A stretch of 64,000 nt of DNA from an uncultured Armatimonadetes bacterium (GTDB lineage Bacteria; Armatimonadota; Hebobacteria; Hebobacterales; Hebobacteraceae). The number at the start of each line of letters is the position of its first letter. Within the stretch, counting starts at the first letter, position 1. Under the pieces are notes generated by a model that saw only the letters and a program-made list of their open reading frames with translations, had not been told where the DNA came from and ran no database searches. Below are positions 18,626-29,425 of the stretch, in pieces. Made by a program: the position numbers and the translations under genes. The DNA is taken from assembly GCA_963716175.1 (NCBI GenBank), contig OY970296.1, positions 1,280,001 to 1,344,000 of the forward strand, read 5' to 3'.

Positions 18626-18651
18626 GGGCAGGAGGCAAGCTCCTGCCCAAC
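18626..18651. repeat. REP-like palindrome, copy 3
   Basis: GGGCAGGAGGCAAGCTCCTGCCCAAC. Confidence 0.7.
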
Positions 18652-18669
18652 GCAGCAGGCCGGTCCGCC

Positions 18670-20586
18670 CTACTCCCACGTGGGCACGGAAATCTCGGCC
18701 CGGTAATCGCTCATGTTGTAGTGAGGCTGACGGCGAGGGCGGTAGAGGCGGCCCTCGGGCGGCGGCGTGTCCTGGGTGTAGATCCAGATGCGATCCAGGT
18801 CCCAGAGCAGGACCTCATCCCGCGGATCGCCGGTGAGATCGAGCGCCTCGGCGCAAAGGGTGGGGTGCCCATCGTCGGGGAAGGCGACCGCCCGGCGGAG
18901 GTGACCGTCCAGCATCCCGCCCAGTCGCAGGCTGCCTGAGGCCAGCAGGAGCTCCAGGCCATCGCCGCGCCAGTTGACCGGAGAGAGCACCGCGCCCCCA
19001 CCGGAGAGCTCGATAGAGTCGAGCATGTGGCCCTTGGCGTCATAGACGCAGATGATGTCCGGATTTCCCCAGAAGGTCTTGGTGATCACCTGGAGGCCGG
19101 GCACATCGTCTCTCACCCGGGCTGCGGTGAGGCGCTGCACGTGGCCGGTGCGATCGCGCCAACGGATGCGGCCCTGCGGATCGCAGGCCACCGTGCCTCC
19201 ATCGCCACAGGCGAGGGCGATCGAGGGCTCGGCGTCATCCAGGTCCAGAGGCGCGATGGCAATCGCGTCCTGGTGATCCTCCACCTCGATGCGCCAGAGC
19301 ACCGTGCCGTCATGGTCTACCAGGGCATACCCAATCATGACCTCATCCCGGCCATCCCCGTCGAGGTCGGCCACTGCGGGGAAGTGGCCGGTGTTGCCGT
19401 GGAACCGCCAGAGGGGCTGGAGGCGATCATCGTAGGCCCAGAGATTGCTGTAGCGATCCTTGATCAGCAGGTCGCGTCGGGCGCCCAGGCCCCTGAGGTC
19501 GGCGAAGCAGATGCAATCTCCGGGGATGCGAAAGAGGTCATCCTCGCGCAGCCAGGTGGCCATCGGGCCGGGCTCGGGGGTGGGCGCGGCGTACTTGAGC
19601 CGGCCGGTGTTCCCCTCCAGCACACAGATCTCGAAGTTGCGGCAGCAGATCACCTCGGCCTGGCCGTCACCGTCGAAGTCGTGAATCTGGAAGCAGAGGT
19701 CCGCGGGGATGATGCCATGAGCGCGGTTGGGCTCACCCCATTGCCAGAGTACCTGCCCGTCGAGGTCAATGGCGGTGAGGCAGCTCAAGCAAGCGAAATC
19801 GCCGCCGCCGAGCATGTCCGTGTATTGGGCGAGCACAATCTCCAGGCGTCCGTCGCCATTCACGTCGCCGAAGCGGAGATGGCGCCCGGTGCCGAACTCG
19901 GGGGTTTCGATCTGGCGCCAGAGGCGAGGTCGGGGCTGCCCGGGCAGGTCTTGGGGCAGGCCGGCGGCCTGCCCTGCCGCGTCAGCCTCCGCTTCGACGC
20001 GGGCGAAGCGCGCCGGGCCGGTGGCGAGCAGGCCAATCCGTCCCCGACTGAGGGCGTGATCCTCGACCGCGAAGAGCGCGCTGCCATCGAGGGAGGCGCG
20101 CAGGCGGCCGCCCTGGGCCTCCAGCCTCAGGAGATGGTAGCGGCCGCAATCAGGCTGCCATTGGGCCTGGGCGAGGACCGCCCTGTCTTCATGCTGGCGG
20201 CGCACCAGGCGCACCAGGCCATCACCGCCGATGCGAAGCGAGTAGTGGGTGCGGTTGTTCCGGTAGCGAAGCGCGATCCCGGCCTCGCTGTGGCGAGAGA
20301 GCAGGCGCACTTCGGCCTCCAGGGCCAGGTCGCGCCACCCGGAATCCCCCGCGGCCAACATCGGCATGCCCTCCCGGCGCAGGCGGGCTTGCTGCATCAC
20401 CCGGCGGCCGCCATCCTCCACCACCTGCCAGTTGCCGAGGTGCCCCCAGCTGGTGTGATTCGTGGTCTCCACCCATCCGCCTGGCAGCTCCGGCAGATCC
20501 AGACAGTGGTACTCGCCCACCGCGCTGTAGTCGTAGGGCAGATCGCCAAGCTTGAACTGCTGGAAGTGATCATGGAAAACCCTCAT
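18670..20586 (-). CDS. FG-GAP beta-propeller protein (PL11 rhamnogalacturonan lyase-like) with N-terminal concanavalin/DUF1080-like domain
   Basis: Repeated D(VL)(ND)GDG..E motifs; GH and HQD residues; no signal peptide. Confidence 0.65.
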   Translation of the reverse strand: MRVFHDHFQQFKLGDLPYDYSAVGEYHCLDLPELPGGWVETTNHTSWGHLGNWQVVEDGGRRVMQQARLRREGMPMLAAGDSGWRDLALEAEVRLLSRHSEAGIALRYRNNRTHYSLRIGGDGLVRLVRRQHEDRAVLAQAQWQPDCGRYHLLRLEAQGGRLRASLDGSALFAVEDHALSRGRIGLLATGPARFARVEAEADAAGQAAGLPQDLPGQPRPRLWRQIETPEFGTGRHLRFGDVNGDGRLEIVLAQYTDMLGGGDFACLSCLTAIDLDGQVLWQWGEPNRAHGIIPADLCFQIHDFDGDGQAEVICCRNFEICVLEGNTGRLKYAAPTPEPGPMATWLREDDLFRIPGDCICFADLRGLGARRDLLIKDRYSNLWAYDDRLQPLWRFHGNTGHFPAVADLDGDGRDEVMIGYALVDHDGTVLWRIEVEDHQDAIAIAPLDLDDAEPSIALACGDGGTVACDPQGRIRWRDRTGHVQRLTAARVRDDVPGLQVITKTFWGNPDIICVYDAKGHMLDSIELSGGGAVLSPVNWRGDGLELLLASGSLRLGGMLDGHLRRAVAFPDDGHPTLCAEALDLTGDPRDEVLLWDLDRIWIYTQDTPPPEGRLYRPRRQPHYNMSDYRAEISVPTWE

Positions 20587-20633
20587 CGGCGCGGTCCTAT
20601 TCAGCCATTCATCAGGCCCTACCCCGGCACGGG

Positions 20634-20765
20634 CTAGAGCGCATTTCATAACCTACCGGCTGGCTGGCCGCACCACGCCCTCGCATGAAATGCGCCGGCC
20701 ACGGCCTGACGTTGCGCAGTGCTGTTTCATAACCTCCCCTGGGAAGGTTATGAAACAGCTTCTAA
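20634..20765. mobile_element. MITE family A, copy 1 (132 bp)
   Basis: Near-identical to 61898-62029; imperfect terminal inverted repeats TAGAGCGCATTTCATAACC / GGTTATGAAACAGCT.CTA; TA at both ends. Confidence 0.8.
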
Positions 20766-20865
20766 CGAGCTTCGCCGAATGAAGTAACACGGCGAAGCTC
20801 AAGAGGCGGCCCAGACGGGCACAGGGCGATGTTCGCACATTACTTCGTTGTGCGAACATCATTAG
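20762..20865. mobile_element. MITE family B, copy 1 (double hairpin)
   Basis: Terminal inversion CTAA.GA..TTCGC..AA.GAAGTAA; related element at 52759-52866. Confidence 0.7.
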
Positions 20866-22386
20866 TCAGGCCACATCCTCGAGTCGCCGCAAGGCCTCCT
20901 GGGCCTCCTCGAAGCCCGGGGACAATTGGAGGGCGCGGGCAAAGCTGGCGCGGGCAGAGGCGAGGTCGCGGCGCGACTCCTGGATCAGGCCCAGGTTGTA
21001 GCGGAATTCGGCGGCCTCGGGGAGCAAGCGCACCGCCTGCTGGGCCGGCCCCAGGGCGGCGTCATAGTCGCCGCCCGAGTAGAGGGCCATGGCGAGAGCG
21101 TCGTGGGCCTCTGCATTTTCCGGGTCGAGGCCACAGGCGCGCCGAGCCGCCCGCGCCGCACCTGCGAGGTCGCGGCCCTGGGAAGTCAGGGCGCGCGAGA
21201 GACCCAGGCAGAGCTCGCAGTCCTGCTGACCCAGCTCCCAGGCGTCGGCCATGGCGTGCTCGGCCTCCACCGGCTGGCCGGCTGCCTCCAGCGCCAGGCC
21301 CAAGTTGTAATGGACCCAGGGATCACCGGGAGCAAGCCGGGCTCCGCTGCGATAGTGCTCGGCCGAGGTCTCATAGAGGCCGAGCCCATAGTAGGCGAGG
21401 CCCAGCCCGCTGCAGGCCTCGGCGCTGTCCGGGCAGATGCGCTGCGCCGTCTGGTAGGCCTCGAGGGCTTCGTGGTGACGGCCCAGCTCGAGACAGGCGC
21501 GGCCGCGCTCGACCCAGATGTCGGAGTCGCTCGGGTCGAGCTGACCGGCCACTTCAAAGGCTGCGATCGCGGCCTCGTGATCGCCCAGCTCTCCGTAGGC
21601 CAGCCCGAGGTTGAAGCGAGCCACGGGATGGGTGGGGTCGAGAGAAAGCGCGTGCCGGTAGGAGCGGATGGCCTCAGGCACTTCGCCCAGCCCGCGGAGG
21701 GCGTTGCCCAGCTCGCAGGCGGCGGCGGCCCGGCCCTCCTCGTCCTCCTCCGGGTAGTGTTGCAGCGCTCGCTCCAGGTAGTGGCGCGCTCGCCGGCAAT
21801 CACCCTGGGCGCTGTGGATTTGCCCGGCGGCGTAAAGCGCCTCATGCCACTCCGGCGCCAGCTCGCAGGCGCGCTCGAACTCGTGCCGGGCGCGGCCGCG
21901 ATCGCTGAGCTGCTGGCTGGCCCAGCCCAGCCAGAGGCGGCAGTAAGCTTCGTCGCTACCCAAGGCCAGAGCGCGCTGGTACGCCTCCGCCGCCTGCTGG
22001 AACTCGCCTATCATGTAGTAAGCATCCCCGAGGTCGCGGTGCAAGCATGCGCTTAGCAGGACAGAGCCGCCCTGATTCTCTCTCACCCCCACCTGATAGT
22101 GGCCAATCGCCTCCTGGTATTGGCCCTGCAGGAACAGGACTTCGCCGAGCACGCGCCGGACCGCCGGGTCGGCAGCGGAGATCTCGACCGCCCGCTGCGC
22201 TAACCTCGTGGCCTCCTCCGTGGGCCCTTGCTGTGCCAGGGCCCAGGCCAGGGAAGTGAGCGCTTCCACGGAATCGGGGGCGAAGGCGAGAGCCTGGCGC
22301 CAGGCGAGCATGGCCTGCTCGCGCTGGCCGCTCTCCCACAGCGTCTTGCCGCGCTGATTGTCGCGATCGGCGTCAAGGGACTTCAT
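20866..22386 (-). CDS. Tetratricopeptide repeat protein
   Basis: TPR units along the whole length (A...LG.....G....A...Y..AL...P). Confidence 0.9.
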   Translation of the reverse strand: MKSLDADRDNQRGKTLWESGQREQAMLAWRQALAFAPDSVEALTSLAWALAQQGPTEEATRLAQRAVEISAADPAVRRVLGEVLFLQGQYQEAIGHYQVGVRENQGGSVLLSACLHRDLGDAYYMIGEFQQAAEAYQRALALGSDEAYCRLWLGWASQQLSDRGRARHEFERACELAPEWHEALYAAGQIHSAQGDCRRARHYLERALQHYPEEDEEGRAAAACELGNALRGLGEVPEAIRSYRHALSLDPTHPVARFNLGLAYGELGDHEAAIAAFEVAGQLDPSDSDIWVERGRACLELGRHHEALEAYQTAQRICPDSAEACSGLGLAYYGLGLYETSAEHYRSGARLAPGDPWVHYNLGLALEAAGQPVEAEHAMADAWELGQQDCELCLGLSRALTSQGRDLAGAARAARRACGLDPENAEAHDALAMALYSGGDYDAALGPAQQAVRLLPEAAEFRYNLGLIQESRRDLASARASFARALQLSPGFEEAQEALRRLEDVA

Positions 22387-22499
22387 AGCAGATCAAGTCG
22401 CCCGGCATTAGGCTTCGCCCCCACGATTCAGCAGTCCTCTCCGCGCGGCGGGGCATCTGGCAGGAGCAAGCGCGACGGCGGCGGAACTACGCCAGCACC

Positions 22500-23339
22500 A
22501 TGCTGGAGGGTCACCTTTCCCTGGCGGAGATCGAGCGCCTCCGCGGCTGTCTCTGGCGGACCGATCCGGATCGCCAGATCCGGGACGAGCAAGGCGCCCT
22601 GCGCTTGATCCGCGAGCTCGGGTTCCTGCTGCTGATGCCCATCGCGGGGGCGGAGTTGCCCAGCATCCATCGGGCGACGCGGGACGATTGGTCATGGTGG
22701 GACTGGAAGCAGACTCTGCCCGGCCGCAAAGCCTGCTACTACGCCAAAGTGCTGCGCCACCGCGGCACCTTCATCTCATGGCCCTGGTTCTCTCGGTTTC
22801 GAGCTGCGCTGGGAGACCGCCGCTCCTATCACCAGCTCTACCGGGAGGGCCTGCTCGACCGCGCCGAGAAGCAGCTCCTGGACCTGCTGGCCGAGCACGG
22901 GCCCATGATGACGGGCGAGCTCCGCCTCGCCTTCGGCCCCCGCAGCAAACAGAACACGCGGCGGGTCAAGAGCATACTCGTAAGCCTCCAGAGGCGGTTC
23001 CTGATCACCACGGCAGGGGGCGACACCGAGGGCTGGAGCCATCACCGCTGGGATCTGGTGGAGCGGTGGGTGCGGGCCAATCTGCTGGCCGAGGCGGACC
23101 GCATCGCGCGCTCCACGGCGCGGGAGCAACTGCTGGTCAAGTGCGTCCAGAACGTGGTAGCCACGACGCCGGCGGACGTCGCCTGGCTGTTTGGATGGGA
23201 GCGCCCAGAGGTAGAGGCGATGGTGGGGAAGCTGACGGCCGCGGGCAAGCTGGGGAGGGCGGTGGCCCCGGAGCTGGAGGGGGAGGTGATCGTGCCTAAC
23301 CCCTGGCCAGGGAAAGGGCGGGGACGCAGGGCGCGATGA
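22500..23339 (+). CDS. Winged-helix DNA-binding protein (AlkZ/YcaQ-related)
   Basis: ELPS....W.WK..L....YYAK...RGTFIS pattern; wHTH segments. Confidence 0.6.
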   Translation: MLEGHLSLAEIERLRGCLWRTDPDRQIRDEQGALRLIRELGFLLLMPIAGAELPSIHRATRDDWSWWDWKQTLPGRKACYYAKVLRHRGTFISWPWFSRFRAALGDRRSYHQLYREGLLDRAEKQLLDLLAEHGPMMTGELRLAFGPRSKQNTRRVKSILVSLQRRFLITTAGGDTEGWSHHRWDLVERWVRANLLAEADRIARSTAREQLLVKCVQNVVATTPADVAWLFGWERPEVEAMVGKLTAAGKLGRAVAPELEGEVIVPNPWPGKGRGRRAR

Positions 23340-24172
23340 GTGAAGACAGCCACACGGGCGCGAGGCCGCTGAGTCCTCTGGGACTCGCCGTCAGGTTCTA
23401 CCTCGGACTGGGTGCGCCCGCGAAGCGGGGGAGCTTCGCGAGGTGCCTCCTCCGCGCGGCGCCGGCCTATCCGTTGGAACTGGTGCAGGCGCTGGTGTCA
23501 CGTTACCGCGGGGCCAGCGATGCGCCTGAAGGTGCGGTCCAGGTCATCAACTTCCGCTGCGCCCGGATCAGGCCTGCCGGGTGCGATGGGGCCTTCTTCG
23601 TCAAGGAGTTCCCTAGGCACCACGCCCTGCATGATGTGGAGCGGTGGCTGCGCTGTTCTCGCGTGGACCGCGCCTGGCGCGCCGGGCACCTGCTGCCCAG
23701 GCTGGGAGTGCTGACGCCGCGGCCGGTGGGAACGGCACAGGCGCGCCTCGAGACGAGGGCCGTGGCCGAGTATCTGATCACCGAGTGGCTGGAGGGCGCG
23801 GCTCCGTTCCCGCAGTTGCTGAAGGGGGCAGGGGCCGAGCGGCGCGCGGTGCTGCTACAGGAGTTCGCGCGAGAGATGGCGCGCTGGCATAGCTGCGGCA
23901 TCTACCTCCGCGACCTGGTGAAGAATGTGCTGGTGACGGAGGCGGAGGAGGGAAGAGGTTACTGGCTGACCGATCTCGACGGTCTGCATCCACTCCGCCG
24001 CGTGACGCGCCGGCGGGTGCTACAGCAGATGCGCCAGCTCGGACACTGGGCGAAGCCCCTGCGGCGGGAGGAGGCGAAGATGACCGCCGAGACCTATCTC
24101 GGCGAGGCGCACGGAGACGGAGCAGAGGAGATCGTGCAGGCGCTGCTGTTGCCGTCCGCGGCAGCGGATTGA
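23336..24172 (+). CDS. Kdo/WaaP-like lipopolysaccharide kinase
   Basis: FVKEF, G..TPRP, YLITEWL, RDL..N.LV and TDLD motifs. Confidence 0.7.
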   Translation: MSEDSHTGARPLSPLGLAVRFYLGLGAPAKRGSFARCLLRAAPAYPLELVQALVSRYRGASDAPEGAVQVINFRCARIRPAGCDGAFFVKEFPRHHALHDVERWLRCSRVDRAWRAGHLLPRLGVLTPRPVGTAQARLETRAVAEYLITEWLEGAAPFPQLLKGAGAERRAVLLQEFAREMARWHSCGIYLRDLVKNVLVTEAEEGRGYWLTDLDGLHPLRRVTRRRVLQQMRQLGHWAKPLRREEAKMTAETYLGEAHGDGAEEIVQALLLPSAAAD

Positions 24173-24226
24173 CCTGGTTCCCGGCGCCTGCTACCATACC
24201 GAACCAACCGCGGCAGGGAGGTAGTG

Positions 24227-25159
24227 ATGCAAGACCCAATCGAGGCGTACTGCCACGTGGGTATCGTGCACCCGATGGCATTCCCCGAGGTGGCGGCAGG
24301 CGAGGGGCCCATCCTTGACACTCTCACCCAGATCGCGACCGACCCGTTCTTCTCGGCCGTCGAGGTGACCGCGATGAAGGACCGCAAGCTGCGCGCAGAG
24401 GCCGCCAGCTTGCTGGCCACCGCGGGCCTGGACGTAGTCTTTGCGGCGCAGCCGCCCCTGCTGCGGGAGCGGCTCAGCCTGTGCGATGCGAGCGCGGCCG
24501 CCCGCGAGAAGGCGGTTGCCCGCGGCAAGGAGCTGATTGACCAGGCCTACGAGCTGGGCGCCACCATCCTGGCCGTGGTCAGCGGACCTGATCCGGGTGA
24601 ACCCGGCCGGGCGAAAGCGACCGAGGCCTTGATCGCATCTCTGAAAGCGCTGTGCGCGGACGCGCAGCAGAAGGCCGGCGAGAGTATGCTGTCCATCTCT
24701 CTGGAGAACTTCGACCGCGGCATTGACAAGAAGGCGCTGATCGGCCCCACCAAGGAGGCGGCCCAGGTGGCGGAGGCGGTATACTCGGAGTACAGCAACT
24801 TCGGCCTCACCATTGACCTCAGCCATCAACCGCTGCTGCGCGAGAGCGCGCACGACATGGTGCTGGCCGCGGTGGACCACCTGATTCACGTGCACGTGGG
24901 CAACTGCGTGGTCGCGGACAGCAAGCACCCGGCCTATGGTGATAAGCACCCCCGCTTCGGCGTGCCCGGCGGGGTGAATGGAGTGGAGGAGCTGAAGCGT
25001 TTCCTGGAGGCGTTGATCTACGCCGGCTACTTCAAGCGCAACACCCCGACCACGATGCCGGTGGTGAGCTTCGAGGTTCAGCCCCTGCCCGGCGAAAGCT
25101 CTGCGCTGGTGATCGCCAATGCCAAGCGGACGCTGATGCAGGCCTGGGCGCGAATGTAG
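24227..25159 (+). CDS. Sugar phosphate isomerase/epimerase (xylose isomerase-like TIM barrel)
   Basis: LENFD, DLSH, HVH.GN and SFEV metal-binding motifs. Confidence 0.85.
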   Translation: MQDPIEAYCHVGIVHPMAFPEVAAGEGPILDTLTQIATDPFFSAVEVTAMKDRKLRAEAASLLATAGLDVVFAAQPPLLRERLSLCDASAAAREKAVARGKELIDQAYELGATILAVVSGPDPGEPGRAKATEALIASLKALCADAQQKAGESMLSISLENFDRGIDKKALIGPTKEAAQVAEAVYSEYSNFGLTIDLSHQPLLRESAHDMVLAAVDHLIHVHVGNCVVADSKHPAYGDKHPRFGVPGGVNGVEELKRFLEALIYAGYFKRNTPTTMPVVSFEVQPLPGESSALVIANAKRTLMQAWARM

Positions 25160-25188
25160 CTAGTGGAAGGCGGTGGGTCCGGTGAATT

Positions 25189-25218
25189 CGAGGGGGGAGG
25201 GAGGACCCTCCCCCCTCG
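25189..25218 (+). terminator. GC hairpin downstream of the epimerase
   Basis: 13-bp perfect stem, AGGA loop. Confidence 0.4.
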
Positions 25219-25412
25219 ATTCTTCCCCTCCCCCTCGGTCGGGCGGTGGAATGAGACGAGGCCGACGAGGATTTCGGGTGGCCTCGCCGAACACCGTGTA
25301 GGCGTTCTCTGTGGGGTTCCCAGGCTCGCGGCCGTTTCCGCTGGCAGGTATGCCTCCCCCCCGGCAGTCTCGTGAGGGCTTGTCCGCCGGCCGTGTGGAG
25401 GATTGACTATTG

Positions 25413-26393
25413 ATGAGCAAGGTCTACATCACACGCCCTCTGGCGGAAGAGGCGATGGCGATGGTGCGCGCGGCCGCCGAAGTGCGGATGTGGCCGGAGC
25501 CGGAGGCCCCGCCGCCGCGGGAGGTGATCTTGCGGGAGGTGCAGGAAGCAGATGGGCTGCTCTGTCTGCTCACGGACCAGATAGACGCGGCGGTGATGGA
25601 GGCGGGGAAGAAGCTGCGCGTGATCAGCAACTGCGCGGTGGGGTACGACAATATTGATGTGACGGCGGCCACCGCCCGCCGCATCCTGGTGTGCAATACG
25701 CCCGGCGTGCTGACCGAGACCACGGCCGACCTGGCCTGGGCCCTGATCATGGCCGTGGCGCGGCGGATCGCGGAGGCCGATCGCTACCTGCGGGCGGGGA
25801 GATGGCGGAGCTGGTCGCCGCAACTGCTGCTGGGCCAGGATGTCTGGGGGGCGACGCTCGGGATCATCGGGCTGGGGCGAATCGGGCAGGCGGTGGCGCG
25901 GCGGGCGAGGGGCTTCGAGATGCGAGTGCTGTACACCGATGTGACGCGTCGCACGCAGGCCGAGCAAGAGCTGGGCGCTGCGTTCGTTCCGCTGCCGGAA
26001 CTGCTGCGGCAGTCCGATTTCGTCTCGGTCCATACTCCGCTCACGGCGGAGACGCACCATCTGATCGGAGCGGCCGAGCTGGCGATGATGAAGCCGAGCG
26101 CGGTGCTGGTCAATACCTCGCGGGGGCCGGTGGTGGATGAGCGGGCGCTGGCGGAGGCGCTGGGCGAGGGCCGCATCTTCTCCGCGGGCCTGGATGTGTT
26201 CGAGGAGGAGCCGCTGCCCAAAGAGAGCCCGCTGCTCGGGATCGAGCGGGTCGTGCTGCTGCCGCACGTTGGCTCGGCCAGCGTCGCCACGCGCACCCGC
26301 ATGGCGCGCATGGCCGCGGAGAACCTGGTGGCCGGCCTGGCGGGCCGGCGACCACCCTATCTGGTGAATACGGAGGTGCTGCCATCATGTTGA
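25413..26393 (+). CDS. D-glycerate dehydrogenase/glyoxylate reductase (D-2-hydroxyacid dehydrogenase)
   Basis: [26 protein letters not shown] and PH.GSA motifs. Confidence 0.92.
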   Translation: MSKVYITRPLAEEAMAMVRAAAEVRMWPEPEAPPPREVILREVQEADGLLCLLTDQIDAAVMEAGKKLRVISNCAVGYDNIDVTAATARRILVCNTPGVLTETTADLAWALIMAVARRIAEADRYLRAGRWRSWSPQLLLGQDVWGATLGIIGLGRIGQAVARRARGFEMRVLYTDVTRRTQAEQELGAAFVPLPELLRQSDFVSVHTPLTAETHHLIGAAELAMMKPSAVLVNTSRGPVVDERALAEALGEGRIFSAGLDVFEEEPLPKESPLLGIERVVLLPHVGSASVATRTRMARMAAENLVAGLAGRRPPYLVNTEVLPSC

Positions 26394-27436
26394 TCTCTTA
26401 TGACCTGGGGAACTATGTGTTCGATCTGGGAGCCTTCCTCCCGATGGCGATCTTCGATCGCATCACTGAGGTGCGAGTGCGCCGGCCCCAGTTGATCCTG
26501 CAGGAGGCGGAGCGGCGCAAGCGCCGCAGCGACCTGGCGCCGGACGGGAGGCTGGTGCTGCTGGCCGCCGACCATCCGGCGCGCATGCTCACCGCGGTGG
26601 GCGAGAATCCCATCGCCATGGGTGACCGCTATCAGTATCTGGGGCGCATCCTGCGCATCATGAGCGTCCCGGGGGTGGATGGGGTGATCGCCACCACGGA
26701 TGTGATCGAAGACCTGCTGATCCTGCAGGCCCTGGTGCGCGAGGCGGGCGGGCCCAGCTTCCTGGACCAGCGCGTGCTGCTGGGCTCGATGAACCGCTCG
26801 GGGCTGGCGGGCTCGGCCTGGGAGACGGATGATCGGCTCACCTGCTTCACCGCGGACTCGCTGGAGGACCTCAACCTGGACGGCGGCAAAGTGGTGGTGC
26901 GCATCTGCCTGGAGGAGCCGGAGCTGACCAATCGCACCCTCTCCTATTGCGCCACCGCGATCTCGGGATGCAACGAGCGGGGCCTGCCGGTGTTCATCGA
27001 ACCCGTCCCGGTGAGCAAAGCCAGCGGCCATCTGCGGGTGAAGCGCACCGTGGTTGATATCGTGAAGATGATAGGGGTGGCCTCCGCCCTGGGTGATTCC
27101 TCCCGGGGTCTATGGCTGGAGATCCCCTATTGCGAGGGCTTCGACCGCGTCGCCCGGAGCACCGCGCTGCCCATCGTGGTAGTGGCCGGAGGCACTACCG
27201 ATGACCCCACCGCCATGCTCACCCAGTTCAGCGACGCGGTACGCGCGCGCCCCAATGTCCGGGGCGCGCTGGTGGGGCGGAGCGTGCTATTCCCGGGCGA
27301 CGATGACCCCATGTCCCTGGGGCTGGCGGTGAACGCGGTGTTCCGCGAGGGCCGGGATGTGGAGGGGGCGATTGATCGGTTGATGGCGAGCCGCAATCAG
27401 AGCTTCGACGCCATCACCAGATGGGTGACGAGATAG
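26387..27436 (+). CDS. DhnA/Cgl0159-like TIM-barrel aldolase family protein
   Basis: [26 protein letters not shown] and VGRS.LFP motifs. Confidence 0.75.
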   Translation: MLISYDLGNYVFDLGAFLPMAIFDRITEVRVRRPQLILQEAERRKRRSDLAPDGRLVLLAADHPARMLTAVGENPIAMGDRYQYLGRILRIMSVPGVDGVIATTDVIEDLLILQALVREAGGPSFLDQRVLLGSMNRSGLAGSAWETDDRLTCFTADSLEDLNLDGGKVVVRICLEEPELTNRTLSYCATAISGCNERGLPVFIEPVPVSKASGHLRVKRTVVDIVKMIGVASALGDSSRGLWLEIPYCEGFDRVARSTALPIVVVAGGTTDDPTAMLTQFSDAVRARPNVRGALVGRSVLFPGDDDPMSLGLAVNAVFREGRDVEGAIDRLMASRNQSFDAITRWVTR

Positions 27437-27474
27437 CGCGTCGGGACAGAAACGTCCCTGCTAGGGAGGGGCAG

Positions 27475-28692
27475 ATGGCATTGGCCGGAAACCTGCTGGT
27501 TGGCCAATCAGGTGGTCCCACCGCGGTGATCAACGCCAGCCTGGCGGGGGTGATCGAGGAGGCGAAGCGGCATGCCGAGATCGCCGCTATCTATGGGGCG
27601 GCGAATGGGGTGGAGGGCCTGCTGAAGGAAGACCTGGTGGATCTGCGAGCAGAGTCGGCCGAGGCGCTGGCCCTGCTGGCGGCCACCCCCTCGGCCGCGC
27701 TGGGCTCCTGCCGCAAGAAGCTCAGCGCCGCCGACTACCAGCGCCTGGTGGCGATCTTCCAGGCTCACAATGTCCGCTACTTTCTCTACATCGGCGGCAA
27801 CGACTCGGCCGACACCAGCCACCGGGTGGGCCAGGCGGCAAAGGAGGCGGGGTGGGAGCTGCGGGTGATGGGTGTGCCCAAGACCATTGACAACGATCTT
27901 GCCTACACCGACCACTGCCCCGGCTACGGGAGCGTCGCCCGCTTCAACGCGATGGCCGTGCGCGACGCCGGGCTTGACACGGCGGCGATGTACAGCGTGG
28001 ACACGGTGAAGATCATCGAGACCATGGGCCGGAACGCGGGCTGGATCACGGCCTCCTCGGCGCTGGCGCGGGAGCGGCCCGGCGACTCTCCGCACCTCAT
28101 CTACCTGCCGGAGCGGCCCTTCGACCGGGAGCGATTCCTGGCTGATATCAAGCGGGAGGTGGCGAAGGGACGGGGCTGCGTGGTGGTGGCGTGTGAGGGG
28201 CTGCGGGATGCGGAGGGGAAGGTGCTGGTATCGTTCCAGCACGCGGTGGGGACCGACTCCTTCGGGCACAGCCAACTGGGCGGCGTCGCGGACTATCTGG
28301 TGAACCTGATCGCGGAGGAGCTGGGGATCAAGGCCCGCTTCGACAAGGCCGGCACCATCCAGCGCGTCTTCGGCCTGGCGCAATCCGAGGTGGATGTGGC
28401 GGAGGCGAGGATGGTGGGCGCGGCGGCGGTGGCGCAGGCCTGCCAGGGCGTGAGCGACCACATGGTCACCCTGGAGCGGGTGAGCCAGCAGCCCTACCGC
28501 TGCGAGACCTCCCTGGCGCGGCTGGAGGCAGTGGCGAACGCCGAGCGACCCATGCCGAACGAGTTCATCAGCGAAGCCAGCAACGATGTCACCCCGGCCT
28601 TCATCGCCTGGGCGCGGCCCCTGATCGGCGGCGAGCTGCCGCCCTATGCCAGGCTGAAGATGACCCCAGTGCCCAAGAAGACCGGGGGTTAG
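27475..28692 (+). CDS. pfp: Pyrophosphate-dependent 6-phosphofructokinase
   Basis: QSGGPT, GGNDS (Asp indicates PPi donor), PKTIDND and MGR motifs. Confidence 0.85.
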   Translation: MALAGNLLVGQSGGPTAVINASLAGVIEEAKRHAEIAAIYGAANGVEGLLKEDLVDLRAESAEALALLAATPSAALGSCRKKLSAADYQRLVAIFQAHNVRYFLYIGGNDSADTSHRVGQAAKEAGWELRVMGVPKTIDNDLAYTDHCPGYGSVARFNAMAVRDAGLDTAAMYSVDTVKIIETMGRNAGWITASSALARERPGDSPHLIYLPERPFDRERFLADIKREVAKGRGCVVVACEGLRDAEGKVLVSFQHAVGTDSFGHSQLGGVADYLVNLIAEELGIKARFDKAGTIQRVFGLAQSEVDVAEARMVGAAAVAQACQGVSDHMVTLERVSQQPYRCETSLARLEAVANAERPMPNEFISEASNDVTPAFIAWARPLIGGELPPYARLKMTPVPKKTGG

Positions 28693-28702
28693 GAGCGAAG
28701 CC

Positions 28703-29425
28703 ATGCCCAGAGCCGATGGGCGGGGCCACCAGGAGTTGCGCCTGGTGAGCATGGCCACCGGCTACAATAAGTACGCGGAGGGCTCGTGCCTGATCGAGCT
28801 AGGCGACACGGTGGTGATCTGCACCGCCTCCGTGCTCCCTGAGGTGCCCCGGTTCATGGCCGGCGCACAGCGGGGGTGGGTGACCGCGGAGTACGGGATG
28901 CTGCCTCGCGCCGGCTCCGAGCGCACCCCGCGTGCCCGCATCCAGAGCAGCGGCCGCACCTACGAGATCCAGCGCATGGTGGGGCGAGCGCTGCGGGCGA
29001 TAGTTGACCTGGACGCGCTGGGGGAGCGCACCATCACCCTGGACTGCGATGTGCTGCAGGCCGACGGCGGCACCAGGACGGCGGCGGTGACGGGGTCCTA
29101 CGTGGCGCTGATGGAGGCGCTGAAGCGGCTGCAGTCGGACGGCGTCTTCGCCAAGATCCCGGCCTTCGAGGCCCTGGCCGCGGTGAGTGTGGGAGTGGTC
29201 TCCGGCGAGGTGGTGCTCGACCTGAACTACGCCGAGGACAGCATGGCCTCCGTGGACATGAATGTGGTGATGACCGGCGGGGGGAAGTTCGTGGAGGTGC
29301 AGGGGACGGCGGAGGGGATGCCGTTCTCGCGGGAGCGCCTGGAGGAAATGCTGGCGCTTGCCGGTTCCGGTATCAAGCAGTTATTAGCTCTGCAGAGAAA
29401 GGCGCTGGAGGAAGGTTCGGCGTGA
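28703..29425 (+). CDS. rph: Ribonuclease PH
   Basis: [25 protein letters not shown] and [13 protein letters not shown]. Confidence 0.97.
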   Translation: MPRADGRGHQELRLVSMATGYNKYAEGSCLIELGDTVVICTASVLPEVPRFMAGAQRGWVTAEYGMLPRAGSERTPRARIQSSGRTYEIQRMVGRALRAIVDLDALGERTITLDCDVLQADGGTRTAAVTGSYVALMEALKRLQSDGVFAKIPAFEALAAVSVGVVSGEVVLDLNYAEDSMASVDMNVVMTGGGKFVEVQGTAEGMPFSRERLEEMLALAGSGIKQLLALQRKALEEGSA

